NCBI GenBank assembly: GCA_040256005.1
Contig: JBDZWC010000049.1
Span: forward strand, 1-19,587
DNA: 19,587 nucleotides
Reading direction: 5' to 3'
DNA from: Deinococcaceae bacterium
GTDB taxonomy: Bacteria; Deinococcota; Deinococci; Deinococcales; Trueperaceae
Part shown: positions 1-7,608 of the stretch, piece by piece
How the letters are laid out: each line of letters opens with the position of its first letter
Position numbering within the stretch: position 1 is the stretch's first letter
Position numbers and translations under genes: made by a program
The notes under the pieces: model-generated
What the model was told of the DNA's origin: nothing
The model's database searches: none
What the model saw: the letters and a program-made list of their open reading frames with translations, nothing else

Positions 1-2
1 CG

Positions 3-95
3 GATGGAGGCGAGTTGGACGCGATGTTCTGCGACGTGTTCGAGATGCGCGGTGGGTTGATCTCGAAGCTGGTTACTTATCAGGTGGATGCGTAG
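3..95 (+). CDS. 3' end of a SnoaL/NTF2-like protein (partial, runs off window start)
   Basis: Frame from nt 3 reads DGGELDAMFCDVFEMRGGLISKLVTYQVDA*, stop TAG 93-95; the 'FCDVF.mrdGkI..l..Y' ending is typical of SnoaL-like/NTF2 proteins. Confidence 0.7.
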   Translation, partial: DGGELDAMFCDVFEMRGGLISKLVTYQVDA

Positions 96-150
96 GATAA
101 CAGCGGCGGCCCTCGAAGCGCCCGAGTCGGTCGGCGCGCGCCCTTCCGTT

Positions 151-156
151 TATCCT
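151..156 (+). promoter_or_regulatory. Putative -10 box (TATCCT) of a leaderless transcript for the glycosylase gene
   Basis: TANNNT hexamer 7 nt upstream of GTG 164, no SD; the same geometry recurs at 2422, 5713, 16314 and 17391. Confidence 0.45.
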
Positions 157-163
157 CGTTCTG

Positions 164-817
164 GTGCGACAGTCTGGTCTTGCGGCTTCGACCCAGATAG
201 AACCGTTCATGCGATCCCTCGCCGATCGAGGCCGCGTCGAACGCGGTCGATACGTATGGCACGAGGGGGACGCGTACGTTCGCTTCCTCGCGGAGTTCTT
301 CCTCAGGCGAAGCAACAGGTCGACTGTAGAGCGCTTCCTGCCCGGGTTCATTGAGTCATTGCCGACCTTCGAAGCGCTGGCGGCTGCTGCCCCGCACGAC
401 GTAGTTGAACTCGCATGGTGGGCGGGACTTCGCCGGCGCGTAGCGAGGTTGCCGCAGATCGCGTCAGCATTAGTTTCCCGGGAGGTATGGACGGCCCAGG
501 AGCTGCTAGAGCTCCCTCATGTGGGCGCATACGCTGCAGAGGGGATCGCGCTCTACGTCTTCGGAGAACCAACTTTCCCCGTCGACAACAACGTGCGAAG
601 GGTGGTCGGACGGTACCTGGGGGCGTCCGGTGAACAGGAGCTCCGGGCTGCCGTACAGGAGTTGACTCGGGCAGCAATGGAGACAGGAGGAGTCCAACGT
701 CTGATAGACGTTCACCGAGGGGCGCTTTCGCTCGGTTGGGAACCTTGCGCATCCAAGCCCAAGTGTGAGAGCTGCCCACTGGCCGGCAGTTGCGCCTCGT
801 ACCTTCGAGCGATCTAG
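164..817 (+). CDS. HhH-GPD superfamily DNA glycosylase, Mig-like (T:G mismatch thymine glycosylase) with FCL-type 4Fe-4S motif
   Basis: 217 aa; W..D.Y...AEFFLRRS (Mig-type E-x-x-L-R-R rather than MutY MLQQT), HhH LPHVGAYAA, catalytic VDNNVRRV, C-terminal CASKPKCESCPLAGSC; no MutY C-terminal domain. Confidence 0.82.
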   Translation: MRQSGLAASTQIEPFMRSLADRGRVERGRYVWHEGDAYVRFLAEFFLRRSNRSTVERFLPGFIESLPTFEALAAAAPHDVVELAWWAGLRRRVARLPQIASALVSREVWTAQELLELPHVGAYAAEGIALYVFGEPTFPVDNNVRRVVGRYLGASGEQELRAAVQELTRAAMETGGVQRLIDVHRGALSLGWEPCASKPKCESCPLAGSCASYLRAI

Positions 818-851
818 TGGTGGCGAGTACCCGGGTCCGTTGCCGAATCGA

Positions 852-2291
852 CTAGAGGAGGCTAGCGCGACTCGGATACCGATCGATGTCCTCGAAGACG
901 CTCTGCAAGAAATCCCTATGCAGCCAGAACGACACCTTGGGCACCTCGCGACCGTTGGGAAGAACAGCCACGTCTAGGCTGTCGCGTCCATGGGTCCGTA
1001 CGAACGCCAACCTAGTATCCGCCCCTTTGGGTAGATCCTCGTACCGTCCCGAACGCACTGCCCTCACTGTCTCAACCCATGTCTCGCGAACCTCGGTATC
1101 CAGCAGGCCCTCGGGAAAGCCCCAGAAAACAGCGTCTTCGAGTCGATATCGGCCTTCACCATCCCGCCGATAGAACGTAACGAAGAAGCGATTAACTAGG
1201 TCGGACCTGAAGGCGGACGTCTCCCACGACTCCTGCACAAGGTCGCTGAAGTCGAGCGCTTTGAATGGGAAGTCCTCGCGCGGCCCCCTGCCACCGGTCT
1301 GCAATGGGAAGGAGCGCATGTATATGCCCGCCTTCTCGAACTCCGCGATGCGACGCACACCAGGCACGCCAAGGATGGCGTTGTTCAACCACTGCCGCCG
1401 ATTCTTGTTCGCTGGAGACGGGCGTTTGATCTCGGGACCGATCTTGCTCCAGGCTTCGTCTTCACTGAGGCCAAGGAACGGTCGGAACCTGTGGAGCACG
1501 AGCCGTTCGAGACCTCCAGCTCGCTTCAGTTCTTCCGCGCTACGCACGAGTTCGAAGCCTCGTGCTGGCTCGGTCCGGAGCTCTCGAGCCATGAACTCTC
1601 TGACGATCCGGGTGACGTAGGGCTGCTTGAAGGAGAACGCTCGTCTCTTCGCCGGCAAGGCTGAGAACGGCTGGAGGACGAAGTCCTTGTCCTTGCCTTG
1701 ACCTGTCCTGCAAGCTCCCAGGTAGTTCGTGATGCTCTCGGAAAGTTCATGGGCTCTACCAGATCGCACGTACTCCGCGATCAGGTTCCATTCGGCTTCG
1801 ATCTGAACCAGGTCTTCCTCGGGTATGTCCCAAACGTCAACGAGGCGGACGACCCGGTCTACTACTGGCTGGCCCTTCAAGTAGTGATAGCAGACGAGCA
1901 AAGTGCTGCGGTTCTTCAGGAGGAACGCGCTCTTGTCGAACGTCTCGCGGTGAACGCTTTGGAAGTTGATCATGTTGAGCTTCAGGCGTTCTTTGGCTTC
2001 CCATCCCGCCTTGCCTGGAACGATTCCAGTGGACTTGAGCTCGAGACCAGCCTCGACGAAGTCTGGTCTGGTGTCGCTGTTGAGCTCGTACTTGAAGTAG
2101 TGACGCTCGAGTAGCTGCCCGAAGTTGCCCTTCCCGCGGATCCCGTGACCAGCGAGCTGTGTGCCGATCAAGTCCAGTAGCGAGCGGTCCTTCAATCGCC
2201 GCGCGTACTCCAGGATGTCGTCACGGTCCGTCGGATCGTATGGAAGAGTCAGTTGTTCTACACCCCCTGTCAAGTCTCCACCAGCATGCAC
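852..2291 (-). CDS. Sau3AI/MutH-family type II restriction endonuclease (two MutH-like domains)
   Basis: N-domain KGNFGQLLERHYF..NSDTRPDF..GLELKST (PD-(D/E)xK), AHELSESITNYLGAC, KRRAFSFK; second degenerate domain EFEKAGI...FVRTHGRD...KVSFWL; divergent from a C5 MTase. Start uncertain (GTG 2291 or TTG 2273). Confidence 0.9.
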   Translation of the reverse strand: MHAGGDLTGGVEQLTLPYDPTDRDDILEYARRLKDRSLLDLIGTQLAGHGIRGKGNFGQLLERHYFKYELNSDTRPDFVEAGLELKSTGIVPGKAGWEAKERLKLNMINFQSVHRETFDKSAFLLKNRSTLLVCYHYLKGQPVVDRVVRLVDVWDIPEEDLVQIEAEWNLIAEYVRSGRAHELSESITNYLGACRTGQGKDKDFVLQPFSALPAKRRAFSFKQPYVTRIVREFMARELRTEPARGFELVRSAEELKRAGGLERLVLHRFRPFLGLSEDEAWSKIGPEIKRPSPANKNRRQWLNNAILGVPGVRRIAEFEKAGIYMRSFPLQTGGRGPREDFPFKALDFSDLVQESWETSAFRSDLVNRFFVTFYRRDGEGRYRLEDAVFWGFPEGLLDTEVRETWVETVRAVRSGRYEDLPKGADTRLAFVRTHGRDSLDVAVLPNGREVPKVSFWLHRDFLQSVFEDIDRYPSRASLL

Positions 2292-2421
2292 ACCTCGTCA
2301 AACGGTAGCGATCGCCGATGTCCGGGACGCACGACGTCGCAGACTCGTTCTCGAACGCATCTCAGGGAGGATCCCCAACGGTCCTAGGCCGTCGTCCGCA
2401 GAAGTTCGCTACGGCGGAAGG

Positions 2422-2427
2422 TAGGAT
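2422..2427 (+). promoter_or_regulatory. Putative -10 box (TAGGAT) of leaderless MTase transcript
   Basis: TANNNT 6 nt upstream of ATG 2434. Confidence 0.45.
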
Positions 2428-2433
2428 GACTCG

Positions 2434-3753
2434 ATGCGTCCGATACGTGTAGCCGAGCTTTTCGCCGGCGTAGGAGGCTTTCGTATCGGTCTGGAGGCCG
2501 TGAACGACGACCTAGGTTCCGAGGCATTCAAGGTCGTTTGGAGCAACCAATGGGAGCCGTCCACCAAGGTTCAGCATGCCTCGGACGTCTACGTAAGAGC
2601 ATTCGGAGCCGAGGGTCACTCCAACGAAGACATCGCCACGGTTTCTGCTGACGCTATTCCCGAAGTCGACATGCTCGTCGGAGGGTTCCCATGTCAGGAC
2701 TATTCAGTAGCGACCACTTTGCAGAAGTCTGGAGGGCTGGCAGGCAAGAAGGGCGTCTTGTGGTGGGAGATACATAGGATCTTGCGCGACAAGGATCCCC
2801 GACCCAGGTACCTGATGTTGGAGAACGTCGATCGGCTGCTGAAGAGCCCTAGCGATCAGCGCGGTAGGGACTTCGCGGTCATGCTCGCCTCTCTTGCGGA
2901 CCTTGGTTACGCGCTCGAATGGCGAGTCATCAACGCCGCCGACTACGGGATGCCTCAGCGCCGTCGACGGGTGTTCATCTTGGGCTATCTTCGCGGAACG
3001 CCTACGTTCGAGCGCCTAGTGTCAGAGCTGCCCTCGGAGTGGATGCTTAGAACAGGGACCTTCGCAACGGCCTTTCCTGTCGCCAGCGCGGACCATCGTC
3101 TGGGCGACTCGTTCCATATCGATGGGGACCTTGTTCAGGTCACGGATTGCTTCAACGTAGGTGCTGGCCGCCCTTCACCGTTCATGGACGCCGGCGTGAT
3201 GGCAGAGCGATCCGTATCGACTCAGCGGGTCTCAGCGAAATACTCGGGCCCGGAGATGGCACTGGGTGACGTATTGGTCGCCGAAGATGCGGTCCCGGAA
3301 GAGTTCTTCATCAACGGTGACCTGGCAAAGTGGCGCTTCCTGAAAGGTCCGAAGACCCTCCAGCGTAGGAACCGAGCGAACGGTCATGTCTATCGCTATA
3401 CCGAGGGGGGGATCTCCTTCCCTGACCCACTCGATAGGCCGAGCCGCACGATCATCACCGCTGAAGGCGGCAGAACGCCATCGAGGTTCAAGCATGTCGT
3501 GGAGTGCCCTAGCGGACGGCTGAGACGGCTGATGCCGATAGAGCTGGAACGCTTGAACATGTTCCCTGACGACCACACAATCGGCGTGCCGGATTCTCGC
3601 AGAGCATTCCTGATGGGCAACGCCCTCGTTACGGGGATCGTACGGAGGCTCGGTCTCGTGGTCGTGAAAGAGGCGCAAAGTGGCCGGAGCAAACGAGCGA
3701 ACGATGATGCCAGGCCTCGCACTTCTTCACAGTACGTTGCGGTCCAGAACTAG
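2434..3753 (+). CDS. dcm: DNA (cytosine-5)-methyltransferase, M.Sau3AI-like
   Basis: Motif I ELFAGVGGF, IV GGFPCQDY, VI LENV, VIII QRRRRVF, X MGNAL; WSNQWEP segment typical of Sau3AI-type MTases. Confidence 0.95.
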   Translation: MRPIRVAELFAGVGGFRIGLEAVNDDLGSEAFKVVWSNQWEPSTKVQHASDVYVRAFGAEGHSNEDIATVSADAIPEVDMLVGGFPCQDYSVATTLQKSGGLAGKKGVLWWEIHRILRDKDPRPRYLMLENVDRLLKSPSDQRGRDFAVMLASLADLGYALEWRVINAADYGMPQRRRRVFILGYLRGTPTFERLVSELPSEWMLRTGTFATAFPVASADHRLGDSFHIDGDLVQVTDCFNVGAGRPSPFMDAGVMAERSVSTQRVSAKYSGPEMALGDVLVAEDAVPEEFFINGDLAKWRFLKGPKTLQRRNRANGHVYRYTEGGISFPDPLDRPSRTIITAEGGRTPSRFKHVVECPSGRLRRLMPIELERLNMFPDDHTIGVPDSRRAFLMGNALVTGIVRRLGLVVVKEAQSGRSKRANDDARPRTSSQYVAVQN

Positions 3754-3818
3754 ACTGAAGAGACCTGCCATAACCCAATCGCCGCCACCGATACGCTGGT
3801 CATCGACCTCATCTCAAG

Positions 3819-4547
3819 TCAGTCAAGTAGCGCCGCGATGCGCTCCGCACCCAAGTGCTTGCTGGCCTCTCGCAGCGTCAACCGCGAAGCCCGGTCCTTC
3901 CGCGGGAGGAGCCATTCGTACACCTCGTCGGGCCGCTTCTTCGCTCGCTCACGTAGCATCCAGCCGATCGCTTTGCGCACGAAGAACTCCTTGTCCTCCA
4001 ACAGGGGGTCCGCGATGGCTGTGAACCTATCGAAGACCGGCTCTCCGCGCCGCAACGGCAAGTTGTAGGCGAGGAGGGCGGAGCGGCGCAGCCAGAAGTC
4101 AGGGTCGCGGGCCCAGCGTTCCAGGGTCGAATGTTCGCTCGGGTCGCGTTCGATGATAGGGCCCACCACTGACGGCACCAGCTCGTCGATCAGAGCCCAG
4201 GTCTTGGCTTCGCGTAGCAAGCTTTCCAGCAGAGGCAGGTCCTCGGCCCCGAGCAGCTTCTGCCGCTCGATCAAGATCATCGTCGCCACTGAGCGGAGCT
4301 CGTGCACAGGGTGCCGCCACAGCTCCTCCGCGAGTGCCAAAGTGGTTTCGCGGTCTTTCGGAACCGATGCGCGTAGCACGTCCTTCGTCAGCTTTCTAAG
4401 GTCCGGCACGCTGACGCCGTAATGTTCCAAGTCGCTCTTGAGGTAGCGCTTCTCGTGCTCGGCGCGTTCAGGGGTGCCAGCGGCGCGGGCTCGAGCGTCG
4501 ATCTCCGAGACCAAGTCGAGCAACCAGTCGGATCCGGATGTCGTCAT
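3819..4547 (-). CDS. DNA alkylation repair protein (AlkD-like HEAT-repeat glycosylase)
   Basis: RYLKS..HYGVSVP, TWALIDEL, WARDPDFWLRRSAL, EFFVRKAIGWMLRE. ATG 4547 overlaps the upstream stop (ATGA), so the true start is downstream of the track's 4733. Confidence 0.88.
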   Translation of the reverse strand: MTTSGSDWLLDLVSEIDARARAAGTPERAEHEKRYLKSDLEHYGVSVPDLRKLTKDVLRASVPKDRETTLALAEELWRHPVHELRSVATMILIERQKLLGAEDLPLLESLLREAKTWALIDELVPSVVGPIIERDPSEHSTLERWARDPDFWLRRSALLAYNLPLRRGEPVFDRFTAIADPLLEDKEFFVRKAIGWMLRERAKKRPDEVYEWLLPRKDRASRLTLREASKHLGAERIAALLD

Positions 4548-5707
4548 GTCGACATCCACCTCCGGATCCGCCTCAACCACTCGAAGTGCTGATCGGTGAG
4601 GACGCTGTGTTCGTAGAACCGGTGATGTTCGATGCTCGCTGATACGGCCGCCATCACGGCTCGCTCCAAGTCGGCGTAGCTGGTGAACTGCTGCAGCTGG
4701 TACTGGGCGAACTCGTGCGTACCGGGCCGGCACCCAGAGAGCGCCGCCGCGCGTTGGAGCGTCACCTCTTCATCGCTTGCGCCAGGCTGGACCTTCACGC
4801 GTACCTCGTCGACCAGAGTACGCACGGCGGACCTCGACGCGTCATCTGCCCGCCCGGCCATGGGTTCGGCGGCTGTACTGGAGAACCGCAGGTCTCGTGC
4901 ATAAACCAGAGCGGCGACCGCTCGGTTTAGCTCCGTAGTAACCCCTGCCAGTAGGTCCTGGTAAGGCGCTACGGCGTCAACCGGATCGGGAGCGCCCATG
5001 AAGCCGGTGGAGAGCCCCGCGTCTACGCGGTCCCTGACGTGCTCAGCGATCTTCTCGACCTCGATCCCGGCCTCGAGCGCTCGGCGCCTGCACGCCTCGC
5101 AGAAGCACAGGCCCAGGAGCCGCGCGGTCTCTTGGCCCAGCGTCACGGCGGTCTTCAGCCCCAGCAACCCGTAGTCCCAGGGTAGGCACGACAACGACTC
5201 CGCATGCAGACCGGTTAGGCCATCCGAGGACGCCCGAAGTTCGACCACGGCGGACGTCAGCCCCAATACGTAGTCGCGCACGGCGGGCTGGGAGGGACAG
5301 AGCTGCGCCGGGTGGACGTCGCCGAAGGCGTTGCGCACCGCGACGTCGGGGTACCGGCCGGCTAGGTCGTGATCGTAGAGGTAGACGAGCCAGGCGATCA
5401 CCTGCATGCCCCTGCCGGCGGCCGCAGATAGGACCTTAGGTACGGCCTCCGCAGCCGGTACGTGAACGGTTGGGCGCAGACCGTTGTCACCGCGTTCGTA
5501 CCGCACGCTCACCGACCCGAGGTCCCCCGCGCGGACCCGGCCGCGGGGGCTCCGAGGAGTCAGGAACGATGCCACGTGGTAGCTGAGAGCCAACTGCAAA
5601 CCGTCCACGCCCAGGTCCCCCAACTCGTCCAGGGCGGCCTCCACCCCCATCTCCGCGAGTGCCCACGGGTGCGCGTACACCGCGAAGCGAGGCGGAGGAG
5701 GCGGCAT
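4544..5707 (-). CDS. Uncharacterised glycoside-hydrolase-like TIM-barrel protein
   Basis: Long ORF with YAHPW, LALSYH, AWLVYLYD..LA.RYPD..VRNAFGD...LCPSQP.VRDY, LHAES and CFCEAC elements resembling GH-like (GH42/DUF187-type) barrels. Start 5707 (TAGCCT 5 nt upstream) or 5728. Confidence 0.6.
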   Translation of the reverse strand: MPPPPPRFAVYAHPWALAEMGVEAALDELGDLGVDGLQLALSYHVASFLTPRSPRGRVRAGDLGSVSVRYERGDNGLRPTVHVPAAEAVPKVLSAAAGRGMQVIAWLVYLYDHDLAGRYPDVAVRNAFGDVHPAQLCPSQPAVRDYVLGLTSAVVELRASSDGLTGLHAESLSCLPWDYGLLGLKTAVTLGQETARLLGLCFCEACRRRALEAGIEVEKIAEHVRDRVDAGLSTGFMGAPDPVDAVAPYQDLLAGVTTELNRAVAALVYARDLRFSSTAAEPMAGRADDASRSAVRTLVDEVRVKVQPGASDEEVTLQRAAALSGCRPGTHEFAQYQLQQFTSYADLERAVMAAVSASIEHHRFYEHSVLTDQHFEWLRRIRRWMST

Positions 5708-5820
5708 GAGCAAGGCTACGCCAGACATGTACTATCTGCGGAACGTTCTGACCGGCATGAGCCGAGAGAGCCGCGACCAGGTCGCCACGGCGCTCGCGCC
5801 AGTGCCAAGGAGGTTCGAGA

Positions 5821-6747
5821 GTGACATTCACGATCCCCGCTGACGGGCCGCTGGCGTTCCCCATCACGCCCTTGCGAACCGACCTGAGCATCGACCTGTC
5901 ACGGTTCGAGGAGCACGTCGCGTGGATGGTCGGGCAGGGCGCTCCGGCACTGTTCGTGGCGTGCGGGACCGGCGAGTTCGCTTCGCTCACGGCCAGCGAG
6001 ATCGGTGAACTCGCGAGCGTTGCTGTCGGGGCGAGTGACGGGGCACCTGTTTACGTGGGTGCGGGCCAGACCTTGCCCACGGCAGTCGCCTGCGCTCGCT
6101 ACGCCCAAGACGCCGGCGCCGCCGGTCTTCTCCTGTTCCCTCCCTACCTGCGGGAGTTCGACGCCGCGGGGCTCGTCGGCTACGTCCGGGCCGTAGCGGG
6201 ATCGACGGCCCTGCCGATGGTCCTCTACCAGCGGGACGGGATCGCCTTCGAGCCCGAGGTGCTCGAGAAGCTGCTCGACCTGCCGAACATCGTCGGCCTC
6301 AAGGACGGGCTCGGTGACGTCGAGCGCATGCAGCGCATCGTCCACTCGGTGGGAGATCGGCTCGCCTACTTCAACGGCATGCCGACGGCCGAGACCTACC
6401 AGCCCAGCTACGCGGCTGCCGGCGTGCCGCACTACTCGTCAGCGGTCTACAACTTCGTGCCGGAGGTGTCGTGGGCGTTCTGGCGGGCGCAGCACAACGG
6501 CGACGGCGATCAGGTGGCGAAGCTCATCCAGAGCTTCTTCGTCCCCCTCGCCGAGCTCCGGCGCAAGGTCAAGGGCTACGCCATAGCTTTGGTCAAGGCC
6601 GGTGTGACGATCCGGCGAGGCTACAGCGGAACCGTCAGGCCCCCGCTGGTGGAGGCGACCGCGGAACACCGTAGGCAGCTAGAGACGCTCATCGTCCATG
6701 CACTCGAGATCGTCGAACCGGGAGCGATGAAGGCGACCCCGTATTGA
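5821..6747 (+). CDS. kdgD: 5-dehydro-4-deoxyglucarate dehydratase (DapA/NAL family)
   Basis: LAFPITP, ACGTGEFASL, LLFPPY, YQRD, Schiff-base GLKDGLGD, YFNGMPTAE, YSSAVYNFVPE, GYAIALVKAG; SD AGGAGG upstream of GTG. Confidence 0.9.
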   Translation: MTFTIPADGPLAFPITPLRTDLSIDLSRFEEHVAWMVGQGAPALFVACGTGEFASLTASEIGELASVAVGASDGAPVYVGAGQTLPTAVACARYAQDAGAAGLLLFPPYLREFDAAGLVGYVRAVAGSTALPMVLYQRDGIAFEPEVLEKLLDLPNIVGLKDGLGDVERMQRIVHSVGDRLAYFNGMPTAETYQPSYAAAGVPHYSSAVYNFVPEVSWAFWRAQHNGDGDQVAKLIQSFFVPLAELRRKVKGYAIALVKAGVTIRRGYSGTVRPPLVEATAEHRRQLETLIVHALEIVEPGAMKATPY

Positions 6748-6773
6748 CTCGGCGTCGTTTGCCATTTATAAAT
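6744..6773 (+). promoter_or_regulatory. Sigma70-like promoter (TTGACT-17-TATAAA) with overlapping palindrome ATTTATAAAT, candidate operator
   Basis: TTGACT 6744-6749, 17-nt spacer, TATAAA 6767-6772; perfect 10-bp palindrome 6764-6773 in a short AT-rich patch. Confidence 0.55.
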
Positions 6774-6852
6774 CACTAAACAGCAACTCTTCGGTGCCTC
6801 GTCGGCAGCTGGTGGAGCTCCTGGGCCCCAAGTCGTCTTGGGAGGACAAGGA

Positions 6853-7608
6853 TTGCAAGCCGCACGCGTGAACAGGCAGACGCTGAGAGACCAGGTGGTG
6901 GACCTGTTGCGGGAGGCCATCCTCACGGGCGCGTACCGACCCGGCCAGCGCCTCAGCGAACCTGAGGTGGCCAAGCAGCTCGACGTCAGCTTGACGCCGG
7001 TGCGTGAAGCGCTGGGGTCGTTGGCCGCCACAGGTCTGGTCGTCAGGAACGGTCGACAGGGCACGCACGTCAGGGTCTTGGGAGTGGGTGACACGAGGAA
7101 CCTGTTCGCGGTCCGCGAGTCGCTCGAGTGCCTCGCCGTGCGTCAGGCCGCGGGCAACCTGACCCGGGACGACTTCGCTCGCTTCGAGACCATCCTCGAG
7201 CGTCAAGCGGAATCGAACGACATGGTGAGCACCGCCAAGGCGCGAGCCACCCGTCGCCTAGCCGAGCTGAACGACGATTTCCACGGCCTCATCCTCAGGC
7301 GGTCAGGGAACGAGTGGCTCGAGACCATGCTCGCGAGCATCGGCGACCTGCTCGTCTTCGCGCGCGTACAGCTGCGTGAGTCGGCTCCCATGGAGCGTCG
7401 CGTCCAGAGCCTGGACGAGCACAGGCGCATCGTCGAGGCGCTCAGGAACGGCGACGCCGACAGGGCGGCTCAGGTGATGTCGGAACATCTCAGACACCTC
7501 GAACAGCACGTCATCGCTCGGATGAACGGGGGAGCTCCGAACCGGCATGCAGCGCGGGGACCGGAAGGCCTGGCGCTTCAGGCGACAAGGGAGGACGGGA
7601 GACCATGA
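6853..7608 (+). CDS. GntR-family transcriptional regulator (FCD domain)
   Basis: wHTH LRDQVVDLLREAILTG.YRPGQRL.E..VAKQLDVSLTPVREAL; FCD NDDFH...SGNEWL...EHRRIVEAL...MSEHL. GGAGG 6841-6845 favours TTG 6853. Confidence 0.93.
   Translation: MQAARVNRQTLRDQVVDLLREAILTGAYRPGQRLSEPEVAKQLDVSLTPVREALGSLAATGLVVRNGRQGTHVRVLGVGDTRNLFAVRESLECLAVRQAAGNLTRDDFARFETILERQAESNDMVSTAKARATRRLAELNDDFHGLILRRSGNEWLETMLASIGDLLVFARVQLRESAPMERRVQSLDEHRRIVEALRNGDADRAAQVMSEHLRHLEQHVIARMNGGAPNRHAARGPEGLALQATREDGRP

Larger units (their letters stand above)
164..3753. other. Probable horizontally acquired restriction-modification island (glycosylase + REase + C5 MTase)
   Basis: Visibly more A/T-ending codons, and at least 13 CTAG sites by eye versus sparse CTAG in the rest of the window; no integrase or transposase seen. 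Confidence 0.6.

Noticed and set aside
95..155. GGATAAC...GTTTATCC inverted ends resembling an integron attC
   Set aside because: Does not fit RYYYAAC/GTTRRRY, inner arms pair poorly, and no integron integrase is present.
164..817. Annotation as mutY or nth
   Set aside because: Lacks MutY QQT and C-terminal domain and lacks the Nth lyase lysine; residues fit Mig.
852..2291. Annotation as mismatch-repair MutH
   Set aside because: Twice MutH length with duplicated domain and paired with a C5 MTase, i.e. Sau3AI-type REase.
3767..3800. CCATAAC-CCAATCGCCGCCACCGA resembling the left half of an attC after the MTase
   Set aside because: No matching GTT right half before the alkD stop; spacing off.
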